Shown here: positions 23,705-35,641 of the stretch, piece by piece
Layout: the number at the start of each line of letters is the position of its first letter
Numbering within the stretch: the stretch's first letter is position 1
Assembly: GCA_051294905.1 (NCBI GenBank)
Contig: CM119384.1
Span: 19,344,001-19,408,000 of the forward strand
DNA: 64,000 bases
Reading direction: 5' to 3'
Source of the DNA: Botryllus schlosseri
Lineage: Eukaryota
Notes under the pieces: model-generated
Database searches by the model: none
What the model saw: the letters and a program-made list of their open reading frames with translations, nothing else
What the model was told of the DNA's origin: nothing
Translations under genes and position numbers: made by a program

Positions 23705-26700
23705 ATGGTGACGCGACTGAAGAATTATTTGGCGAATGACGGTGCCAGGGCGGTTTTTTTGGTAAGTTTCTTTGTTCTGACTTCCGATTCGATAGATGCA
23801 AATATCACTTAATTTGATGTCTAAGTTGTTTTCATACAGTGTGAGTCAAGAGACATGTAGAGAGTACAGATCACGTCTCTTTATCAGCAAGAATCCAAAC
23901 GTATCAACGCAAAGCTAGAAATATCTCAAGACCAATTTTCGAATGCAATTTGTTTTTATTGATGTTCTGACGCGTTTCAGTCCTATAGTTAATCCTCTTT
24001 TCTCGCTTTTATGGGAACACACTGTTCTGTCTCAGAGACCATCGTAATTCTTACCGCCATTCGTCGTACTGAATTGTGTACTATTCGTATCCTATACAGC
24101 GAATAGCAGGCAATCACTGCCAGTATTGGCGCAATAAGGATCCCCATTTTCGGGTACTGATAATAAGACAGAGAACGCACTAAAAGGTGGTCAGATATTT
24201 ATGATCGCAATATTTCAATTGAAATGTATTTTTGCTGGTTGTTAATCAGCTGCATTACTATCTCGCGCTTATTCAAAAAAAAAAGATCTACATCGCATTT
24301 GCAAAACTATGGCCAAACCGTATTTTTCCTTCAGCCCTAACACACTTTATAGTGTATAATCACCATTCACATTGTAATTTCAGCCAAGCGGGATAACATA
24401 ACAAAGTCGAGTAATTAGCATTAGATAGATTCTGGTTTCGTGTTCCGCGGGTGTATATTCACACCCTTACACCAGGGTGGTATACGGGTGTGAATACGCA
24501 GCTTTTTCGATAATAATGTACCGTGCTACGCAACTTACTCTCTGGTGCTCGTGCATCGTCCAAGTTGCGATTTAAATCAAGTGGGGTGTCAATTGTTGCG
24601 TTCACTTTCCAAAGACCACTCAGCTGACTTCTAAAGGGCTGTCGAGCCTTTGGAAGCTAGCTGAGCGGCTGATTTAATAAATATTCCCCATATATAGATT
24701 AAACGAGAGATACTTGCAATTATATTGGAAAACTCACTCGTGACGCCATCGAAATTTTCTAATGATCATTGTTCGCCTTCATATCTCAAGCCAGGCGCTT
24801 CGGGCCCAAATTGTCTGGGGCGTAAAGCAAATATTGGTTAATTAAGAGGATCGCCAAACGCCATGCGCCAATAAGAAAAGTTAAACACCACTGTCATGTG
24901 AGAGTTCACATTATGGTCTCTTCGATATAACATTCTATCATCGTAACCACTGACTAAATTCGGTTGCCTTTATTAAAGAGCTTGGCCGAAATACCTGATT
25001 AAAGACGACATTCTTTATGGGTATAATGGATCAGCACCTCAATTTAAAATATAGATTATGATCTGAACGGTTTGTGAACCCGCGTAACTTTGCCATCGTA
25101 GAATCTCAAATCGGAATTTCGACGAAATTTGCTCAATGGAAGTAGGTTGATCGCGCGGCGCGGTAGTAATCGACTCGTTAAGAGATATTGTAAAATAGTT
25201 GAAACCAAATGTAATCTAAGAAGACACCTTGTTGATATTGATTCAACTAAACACGCTCTATTAACTCTTGAGCCATCCGCAAACAAAGTAAAATATTACA
25301 CATATTTCTGTAACTCGAATTGGCTTTTTGACACTAGCTATGCTCAGATTACTGTTGTTTATAGACCATGGCCGATTACCCGTATTGTGATACATTTACG
25401 GCATAAACATAAAATCTGCCACAGTATTTCTGAAGCTTTCACTGGGTGAAATCGGAGTCTTCTCAAACGGGATTCGATTACGTCTTGACTAGACAGAAAA
25501 TCTTTGATACCATGTAGTCTAATTCACGTTTCTTCGAAAATGCATTTTAACTTTGCATTCGTTAAATTAATTAGACTGTCTTGGCATTTAAAATTGATAA
25601 ATAACTGAAACAGACCCCGGTATACTACAATGAAATATAAATAAAAGTTGAGTGAAACTGTCGTGATTAATGAGAACTTACAATTCCCTATATATTCAGC
25701 GGCGCAGTCCAAAATAGGCAAACATAATTTGCCGATTGGCCAGCCGGTTGACAAAATATATTGTGTAAGCTGGATTTGTTCTGCCATGCCTCACGTGTCG
25801 GATAAGGCTGGGTTTTGTGCAGTGGAAATTCAATCGCGGTTTCCGTATTCGCAGGAACAGGCCAATTCGATGTAAGATGTCTGGATGCTCGGACAGCCAA
25901 TAGGTTTCCGGATGCGCATAATAGGTAAAATGTCAAATAAAAATACCAAGAGACTATGACAGCTTTTAGGAAACGGCAAGGGATAGATAGGGAAGGGGTA
26001 TATCGACATTTCGGTTATAACCGAATGAATAATTATCATTCATTCGGAAATAAGCCATTTAAAATATATTGGAAATTAAGCGATCATCCTAATCATGCCA
26101 TGTTGCTACTCGATTTCCCCTAAAGAGATTACGGTTTCAAGTCACAAGTTATCAGCATGTATTATCCTGGAATAAATATAAATGTGCCAAATCCTTTTTC
26201 GATACTTTTTACGGAACATACGTATAGTACGCGAAAACAGGTCATGCTAGCGTTATGTCAAATATGCGATGACTCAAAAGTAACTTCACTATTGTTCTGT
26301 ATAGTCTGTAGTCAATCGGCTTTTCTAATGACACCACGGAAAGATTCACGGTGATTTGTCGATGCCATCAATGCCAGTCCAACGAATATCTCGAGAATGC
26401 TGGGTCTCTCAGCACATAACAGATCATTATCATCGTAATCAACCAATTTGCTGTACCCGGAGGGAGAAGGTTTTTAGCAATCGGGCCGGTTGGTTGGTTG
26501 GTTTGTGGTATTCATGGTGTTTCTCGACTACTATGGTCATTTACAGCAGGCCGATATTCTTTTTATTTTCCGTAACTGCCGACTTATAGCACGGCCCACC
26601 TCTAGGCTTTTGTAAGGCACCGCTGACGCGGATGATGTGGCGAGGAGGAGCCTAGGTAAACCTCCAACACTTAGGTATCGGAATTCGGAAGTCGACCTCG

Positions 26701-29700
26701 GTCGGACTCGAACCCGCACCCATTGGTGTTGCAGCCGCGGAATATACCACTGCGCTATCTCGCCACCCCGAATCGGGCCGGTCGTACCGATGTTATACCG
26801 TGACCTAAAACTAATTCGACATTGTAACATACGATACTAGCGCAGCATGGTATCGTGCATTAATTAACAGCACACCAGAATAATGCAGCAATAATTTTTT
26901 GCGCATTGCAAAGGCTCATTTCATCCTCTGGGAAGGGTGTTCTGGTTTATTTAGCGTCATCACCCTTGTTTATAAGCGGAAATATTGCTTTCATTACATC
27001 ATCCATTGCAATACTACATTTATTTCAAGAGTTATGGCAAAGTATGACGTCGCAATCAGAATTACAGACCGTGAAATTCGCATTGTCACAAGGGCAACAG
27101 CAAACCTCGAATCATACGGTACTATAGTAGCAACGCAAATGTAAATAAAACGACGACACGCACAGAGCACAATAAACTGATGAGAAATTGGCGCATATAC
27201 AGGAACTCTTTTTGGCTTGGTCAAATGAATAACTGGATTATACCAATGAAACAAATAGCTGCCGATAACTCTTGAAAAAGGGCACCCGAAAAGTTTTCGA
27301 ATTCAAATGAATGTATGCATTTATGCAATGGATCTTGTAAGAGAACGCGTTCTTCAAGTTCTGTACCTCGAACCAGCTATTTAAACGGAAATATATGCAC
27401 ACAAAAACAAACTGAATTTTGTTTTATTTTTCAGCTGATGTGGGCCGCGACCAACGCAATACTTTTCTACTTTACCTTTTTGTATTATTATTACGGGCCG
27501 CAGTTTTATTACTTGCACCAAATGCTCGGAGTAAGTTGGCGAACACATTTGCTGCAAATAGACGGAATAAAAATGTTGATCTTATTTTTAGTACGGACTA
27601 TGCATCAGCCGGGCCACCGCGGCATGCATTAATTTGAATGCTTGTGTCATATTACTTCCTATGTGTCGGAATATAACTCGTGTGATAAGAGGTTATCGAT
27701 TGGTGAATATCTTGTGATCCGTAAGATAATATCGCACTGTCACTAATTGTATCGTTTGTCCATTCAGACATGCAGAGTTTTGCGACGACTTCTAGATAAA
27801 AGCAAATCGTTTCATATTGCGTGCGGATATATGCTATGCATCATGGCAGGTATACGATCACTATCATTGTGTCTATGACCTAATCGTAGTGTCTACTACC
27901 CTTATAAGCCGCCGAGTGGTTCGTACACGTGTGAGTTCTCATGTGTACGAGTTTCATCCAACTCAATACAATTATTGATTTGGAAGCAATAAAATAAATT
28001 GGAAAGTGATTGGGTCAGGGGCTTCTCGCTATTTGGTTTCCTCCACCCTCCATATCTTCACTCTTTGATTTTTTGCATAACATATGCCCCGTATGTCATA
28101 CTATTATATGCGTATTTCAGCTATTCACTGTGGAGCTCATGTTTTCAATTCAATCAATTTCTCGAAGCATTTTAACAAGAGATACGGCGAAATCAACGTC
28201 GCCAGTTTTTCGAATCAGGTTAGCTATTTGTGTATCGTGTAAGTAGCCTACAAGCTAGCACAATGTCACGGGGATTGTAATGTGTGAACCGTGTTACGAT
28301 ACGTGGACTTTATCCAACTTAAGGTAATAAAATTTGCAAATTTTGCCATTATGCGTTATGCCTAATTTCTGCATGGGTATCTGACACTATGTATGCGGAT
28401 ATTATCCACTGGGTCTCTAGATTAGCCATTGGAGCGCTGATCGAAAATTTCTTTCCCTCCGAACACCATAGACTCTTTACATTTCGTCGACTAAAATCAC
28501 CCGATTTGTAACACCTAATCACACATCGAATTGATTGTGATATTTCCCAAATGCATGAGAGTACTTCAGATGTATGGGTATCTAGGAAGATATCGGTAAA
28601 GTATCAGGTTTCTGTAAGTTTGTGTCTAGTCTTACCTCCCCTCGTGGCAAGACAAGTTGAAGTACACGCCTGCTGGGCGTCGGTGTGTAACCTGGTCCTA
28701 TCCCGACGGATTTTAAAAACAGAATGGAATTACTTCTTATGTCCCTCAATGGTGCAGTGAGCTTTGACACTCTTAAAGTGCTACAGGTTTTATAAGTCTT
28801 AGAGGCACATAACTTTATTATGTAATTGAGTAATATATTCGAGTGTCCGTCGAAAATATTCGGGAGTTTTGTTTTGTTTTTGTGGTATTCATGGTGTTTG
28901 TCGACTACAATGGTCATTTACACCAGGCCGATATTTCTTACCGGTATTGATTGATTCCGTAGCTGCCTACATGTAGCATCACCCATTGGTGCTGTAGCTG
29001 GGGATTGTACCACTACGCTATCTCGCCGCTGGGTTGTATTTCAATATGAATTTCAATAGAACTTCAGCATATAATTAAATAATAGATTGAACTGTCCCTC
29101 GAAAATATTCGGGTGTACATGTATTTCAATATGAATTTCAATATAACTTCACTATCTATTTGCATAATATATTGGAGTGTCAGCCGAAAATATTCGGGTT
29201 TACTTCAATTTGAATATTTATTGAATTACTGCAGGTTTTAGTCAGTCGACTTCCAACTTCGATCTGTGCTTTGTTCAATCCCACACGCAGGAAGTTCTCA
29301 TCCTAATATCCGTTATTCGTGAATAGTCCCATTGTCTGCCGCACTTCTATTTGAAAAGACATAAACCCATAAGATCACAGACAAATTAGCGATATCACTT
29401 GAATCACTCGATGACTCATTCGCAAGTCCGTACTCTTTACCCGGTGACGTAACTAACCTCGGGGACGAACATGTAAATAATTGCGTTTGTATTCCAATTC
29501 AGCATCCCATTATTTTGATCATGACGTCAGTTCCTGGAATCACAGGGATTTCGATGGCAATACTATTATGCATGATCACATACTCAGCTTCCAGCTCCAG
29601 CAGGTGAGATGATAGTGATGTGTTGTGTGAGAATACCGAAACAAATTACAGCCTCGATGTTTTGTTAGAAGAGCGAATTATCGGAGATTTTGGAAGATTC

Positions 29701-32700
29701 ATCATCTATTTATTCTTTTTTACATTCTTTTGTTGCTACACGCTTGCAGGTGAGATGGTATGGATCTTAATATATCAAATGCTTGTGCACTGCGTTGTTT
29801 GGGACATTGAGACATTACATCATGTCTGGTCTAGCCTGTGACACGTCTATAGCAATTATAACATTCAGCAGCGTACCCGTAACATTCTGTCTCTTGTCAT
29901 AATGGGTTGTGATCTGTGACTAATCAGCTGGGTTTTCTTCTTTGTGTAACATTTTCCCTTTATTTTATGTTATGCAATCTGTTCAGTTTAAGAGATGAAT
30001 ACAATATGCTCCCTGGTAAAGGTCCTAGGCTATTGTCGATCATTTTCTATCAACTTGATATTATATATCTGGAACGAAAAGGTCTATATGCAAATTACAA
30101 CTGGCGCTGGTCAGCGGCTACATCATTTTCTAAACCTACATCTGATATCACAAGTGACTTGAGTGCTGAACATAAGAAGGGCATCGGTTTCGTTGTTATT
30201 ATACGGGATTAAAGTGATTCAATCACCGAAAAGGCGCAGAAATACAATAGAGAACGCTGCATTATGTTCATTATCCTATCGAGGCAATTCAAATTTACGT
30301 TGCCTTTTGCATTACCGGAGATGGTATCCGCTTCAAAAAATACAATGCGTTAGAGACAGGACAATTCTCCGTGGTCTCAATATAATTGTGGATCTGGGAA
30401 TCGGAGGAACGTCAGACGTGTCCACTTCATCAGCGATGTTACTGCACTGGGCATATCGGTGCCGTGACTATACGTTGGGTAGCCCGGGTGAAACATAGTA
30501 AAGCATCTAAATCTTGCAGAATACTGTTATCTCTGTTGTACCATATGGTAGCGTGCACGCATCCTGCACTTGAGTTCAATAATAAGAAAGAGAAGTGTTC
30601 ACGCACTCGACCCCTCGCGGACTAAATGAAATAAATTAGTGCGACATTTGTAACTTTAATGTTATGGACATAATGTATGAAAATAATGATCTGCATTTAG
30701 CGGGGTACTAAAGTACCAGACCAACATCTCTGAACACATTCCTGGTTGCTTCGTCGGATTCAACAGCGATGATCCCAACGGGACTGTTTTTGTTGCCGAA
30801 CCGGAGCCAGAACCGGAAGGCAACCCGAGTGAGTAATTTTTTGTTGGTATGCCAGAGATGCGAATGGAATTTCGAAGAACCGCATTTGGAAATTTTGCCC
30901 GGATTACGATCGGATTTAGATTGACGATTTTCGTGATAGGATTTAGATTTAGACATGGGATTTCTAATAGTTTAACTCGTCCTTCGAGACTTGGATTCAA
31001 GATTGAATGATATACGAAATGAAGTCACAATTTGGAATTAAAATAACAGAATTGATTCCGCTCATTTATGGCATATACTAAACCCAGGAAACTCTATTGT
31101 GTAGCATTGCGAATAACATCATCTGTATTTTGGCACCTATTGACACTTATAATTTATCAGGGTTATCAGGGGATATGGTTGTGGTCCCAGAATTAGGTCC
31201 CATACCAGAAGGCGAATATTTCGGCCACTCGTCTGAAGAATCCGAATCAGTACCGAACTACGTTCCTTGCCGACAGCCCGAACCGAAATTCAAGTCCTGC
31301 GCAACCGAAGTAAATATGATCGTTAAATTATACATCGTATCGTATTCAGTTGCAATTCAGCATTATTCACATGGTTTGGGGTTCTAAAAACAGTTTGCTA
31401 CAATTGTGATTTGAATTTCGTTAAGGCATGGATTTGGATGTTGATTCCATTGACACTGTATATTATCGAGAGAGGAACTCGTTTATTCGGAAAATCTGCG
31501 TCAACGACCAAAATCGTTGAACATCCAAACGATGTCCTTGAAATCGAGTTTTTCAATAAATCAATCGCCGCGGAGCCAGGGCAGGTAAGATCAAGTACTT
31601 CATGTGTACCAGTACCGTATGCCATCCAATTGTCATACTCCATACCTCCAATGCAAAATTATTGATACCCTGATGTAGATATTTGTACTCGTATATAAGA
31701 GTTATTTTAGGTACCGCTTAGATTGCGTATACTGTTTGTGCTGTGCAACGTGCAATTCTGACAACTGATAGTCAGCTGTACGATGTAAATTGTACATGCA
31801 CTGCATATGCGTCTGGTTCTTTAATGTATATAGCAAATTGCAAATATAATGAATGCAAAATGCGGATCTATAATAATCTGAACTGGAAACACGCCTCTTC
31901 ACCCGGGCTCGGGATTAGTTTCAATTCCTGAAATTTTCTTATCAAATCAATTATTCTCACCAATAATAAGGTAGCAGAAATATATTCCAGGTGATTCTGG
32001 TCGTAGAATCAGCTCATTACGATCCTCATACGTAGCAGCATATCGATTTAGTGTAAAAGCCGAAGCTCCATGCAATCCATTCCACTGCTGTTGACTTCCC
32101 CGACAGCGATTATGCTATATCAAAGCTAATTATAGCTTTGGGAAGATAATGTCGATTACTTCATGGGGTGTATCCAATTAAGATCTTGTATTGTCGCTTC
32201 AGAGCATTTGGATTCGTTGCCCCTCGGTTTCGTCAATAGAATCTCATCCCTTTACTCTCACATCAGTTCCAACAAAGCATCATCCCTACTTCACTATACA
32301 CATGGCAGTAACTGGAGAATGGACCGGTAGGTGTATTTTCCTGCTCTCCAAATGAAATATTTATATAACTTTTGTATTAATACAGGAAAGGTCAAGGATC
32401 TCTTTACTAACCATGGTGTCAAACGCGCGAATAGCAGCAGAAGTTATTCTGAACGGCAGGATTCCGTTGAATTATTTCCAAAAGCGTTACTAAATTGCGA
32501 AGACACCGTTTACAACCAAACACATAATCGGACAATTTCAACCGCAAAAGTGGAACAATCAGCGGACGTTAAAATTGCGATTGTAAACGGTGCTCTGGAA
32601 ACGTCGTCATCAGAAATTATGCATCAACCTCGTTTCTACGTCGATGGTCCGTACGGCACGCCCATGCAAGACATCTTTCGATACAGCACGTCCGTGTGTG

Positions 32701-35641
32701 TTGCAGGCGGCATTGGAATAACGCCATATGCTGCTGTATTAAATATGATTCGGTTAGTACTCTCAGATGCAATCTTTGGCTCGTATATCTTGAGAAACAC
32801 AGGTCGGCAGCGATTGCTGTCCGTAGAATAAGCAGAAGATGAATATTTACTCTCCATGGTATCACTGTAGTTACGTCTGGTAGGCATTGCATTGTAAAAG
32901 TTTGCATTTTATTGAATTATATTAATCCTAATATTACTATTATTTCCTCACTCAAAAAGCGATAGAACGTTTGCATCTATTCCCTGTGGGAATTACTATT
33001 TCAATCCTTTCTCAAATCGACCTAAGAACGTTTGTATAATGATAGAAGTATACTTTTCTGAATAATATATATTATTAATAGTTTATAACCCGAAGATTTT
33101 CGGCTGACATGCACTCGTTAGGGGTAATCGTCAGTAAATAGTAGAGAATGGAAATAACATTGCATGTCCACCATCGTATAATGTAATTTCCAATTTTCTA
33201 CTACTCCTACTAAGCCCACGTCGTTCGGCGCGAAAAACTGTAAAGGTCTCTCGGTGGTAGCACGTTTATCTGGACAAGACAATTTTACCTCGACTCGGCA
33301 GACTCACTGCCATAAAATCACATGGATGCCATCATGAATAATAATTAAATACGATCAAAATACCCTAAATTTCACTCTCTAGTCCCATATAATTGCAAAA
33401 AACGGTTGCATACTCTGCATTTTGCTTCATTTCAATTTTGAAAGTTCACCGGTCCGCCAGACATTTTTTGAAATTTTACCGGTCCGCGAGGTGAAAAAGG
33501 TTGAGAACCACTGGTGTAGGCTACGGACGTTCGGTTTTCGGTACCTCTAAGAAGCTCTTCAATTACTATATTTACAATTGAAGACATTTTCGTGCTGTCT
33601 TAGTTTTTCTGTTTGCTGCAAGTTTCATTTCACGGCAATTCCATTTTCAGATTCAACTACAATCTATTGGAAAAGCGCAAGCTTCGACGTATCTACCTAA
33701 TTTGGACATGTCGATCGGTTTCATCTTTCGAATGGTTCATCGATCTAATCAACGCAGTTCAGTCTCTGGTGAGGCGATACACTTCGCGACACGCTGAGAA
33801 GTTGACTCATTGATATTCGCTGTTCCAGCTTTGGAATCGCAACCGGCCCGACTTTTTAAACGTGTATCTTCACGTGACTTCCGCCGACTTCGGGGAAATG
33901 CGGTGCCTTTCAGAGAAATATCCGAGTCTGAGCAGGTGTCGACTGCAAGCGGGAAGGCCCCAATTTAAGGATATGTTTCGCGAGCTGTCCGAACGCCACC
34001 AAAGGTGAGATTTTGTCAGCAAACTTTGACTCGAGAGATTATACTGCACTTAAATAGATTCGAGATAGCTCATGCGACGCGCTACTACCAAGATAACCGA
34101 TAACAAGTGTCATCGTGCTGTAAACAAAGGAAGTACGGTATGGTTGCAAGTTATTACGCTACCTATATCAGGATCATATTGGGTACGTTGCGGCGAGATG
34201 CCGACATCAGAGCGTAGTGGTATGATCCACAACTGCAAAACCAATGGGTTGCGGTTGCGAGTCCGACCGATGATGACTCCAGCATTCCGTCCCATGTGTT
34301 GGAGGTTTATGTAGGCTCCTGCTCGCCGTCTAACCCGCGCAAGAGGTATCTTAAAAGCCTAGAAGTGGGCTGTGCCACAAGTTGGCAGATATGGAATCAT
34401 GACAAAGAGTATCTGTCTGGTGTGAATGACCATCGCAGTCACAAAGACACTACGAATGGCCCAAATCAGTAACAACAACAATAATGTGGGGTACGTTGCT
34501 TCTACGTACACTAAAGTCATTTTCTACATTTGTTTTCAGAATTGGCGGTTTATTGGTAGGATTGTCGTTTCAACTTCGACTTCGTCGTGCTGCTATTTCA
34601 TGAATTTGCCGCTTTTAAACCACCTGGCAATTGTCAGGATGCCACTGATGTCATGTCAATGATCGCTTTTACTGTTTACGACCACCATCTAGTGGTCGTA
34701 ATCTCTGTATCCATATATTCGTATGACGGCGATGGGACAGTGACGTAGCGTAGACTTGAGAAAGGTTGAAGCGAAGTTACAGTTATAGTGTTATTGGCAT
34801 GACTTTAGGGCCGTTTACTACGAAGTAACGGCGTCATACTTATACACTAAGGTGGGATATTTATCAAACATAGATTAAACTGTACTACATAGCGAATTGA
34901 GTATTCAAATCCGACTGGACAAGCGACAATGTACGCATACAAGCATGCTTAAATAAGCCTCCGGCGACTGCAAATCATTTTATGGACGAGACTTATGGAA
35001 TTGCCCTGTATGCATTTACTTTGCAACTAAGGGTCATTAAACCTTCGACTGTGCCGTTGTAGCGGTAAAACGGCTACACATTTTCACGAAAGAACAATTC
35101 CGCCCAAACAACGACCGACTGTCAGCATTATCACAAGGTTTAACGCCGTATAATTCTGATAGATATTCAACATCTGGGTCCGGATATTCAGATAAAAGGT
35201 TGATGTCTGCCATACTTTTGCATACTTCCAAAATTAGAAGATGCATCTTCGCAACTAACGCAAAATCACTAATGGCACCAAGCATAGATAGAATCTTCAG
35301 AAATAAATTAGATCACCCTGATACCCTGGGACTATTTCATGTATGGTGACGAAACCTAACCCCAAAACTTCCTTCACCTTTTCAAAAATCAAAATTGCAA
35401 AAACTAAATAGTTTAGTAATTTAAGTATACTTGTTAACCGACCACACCTGGACATAACTCATTTTTAATTTTTCGACCAAATTCCCGACAGGTTGCAGCT
35501 CAATGTTACGTGTATTTTAGATCTACGATCGGAGTTTTCTGCTGTGGTTCCAAATCACTTAACAACGCGGTTCGAGAGCATTGCCTGCGCACCAAATCAA
35601 AAACCAGAGCGAATTTCGTCTTCAACAAGGAGTCGTTTTGA
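23705..35641 (+). CDS. NOX4: NADPH oxidase 4-like, 655 aa, 15 coding exons
   Basis: Exons 23705-23761, 27435-27530, 27592-27702, 27768-27849, 28121-28218, 29503-29603, 29669-29749, 30701-30828, 31161-31309 (alternative acceptor 31170), 31426-31584, 32203-32326, 32386-32752, 33651-33768, 33829-34004, 35521-35641. All GT-AG, 1968 nt in frame. NOX4-like segments: YLANDG, GPQFYYLHQMLG, RRLLDKSKSFH, four heme His, KYQTNISEHIPGC, ESHPFT, DGPYG, VAGGIGITP, KLRRIYLIW, NRPDF, IGVFCCG, FNKESF*. No EF-hand or peroxidase N-terminus. Confidence 0.95.
26488..26764 (-). mobile_element. tRNA-derived SINE, group 1, in NOX4 intron 1
   Basis: Full-length match to 2357-2624, with A and B boxes and an (AACC)n tail. 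Confidence 0.87.
28820..29200. repeat. Minisatellite, ~85-bp unit, about 3 copies, interrupted by a SINE
   Basis: cgaaaatattcggg recurs at ~28851, ~29100 and ~29186, and tgtatttcaatatgaatttcaata occurs twice. Confidence 0.7.
28866..29027 (-). mobile_element. tRNA-derived SINE, group 1, internally deleted
   Basis: Head and 3' end match the other copies, but the B box and central ~100 nt are missing. Confidence 0.8.
33447..33513. mobile_element. Right-end fragment of a Charlie-like MITE
   Basis: Ends AAAGGTTGAGAACCACTG with accggtccgc repeats. No left end seen. Confidence 0.55.
34192..34400 (+). mobile_element. tRNA-derived SINE, group 1, diverged, in NOX4 last intron
   Basis: ggcgagat...AGCGTAGTGG...accaatgggttg...gagtccgacc...ttggaggttta aligns with the other copies. 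A 3' fragment also lies at ~39661-39727. Confidence 0.75.

Noticed and set aside
34540-34605. Alternative NOX4 last exon RIGGLLVGLSF
   Set aside because: It lacks the GVFxCG and KESF motifs, which exon 35521-35641 supplies in the correct phase.
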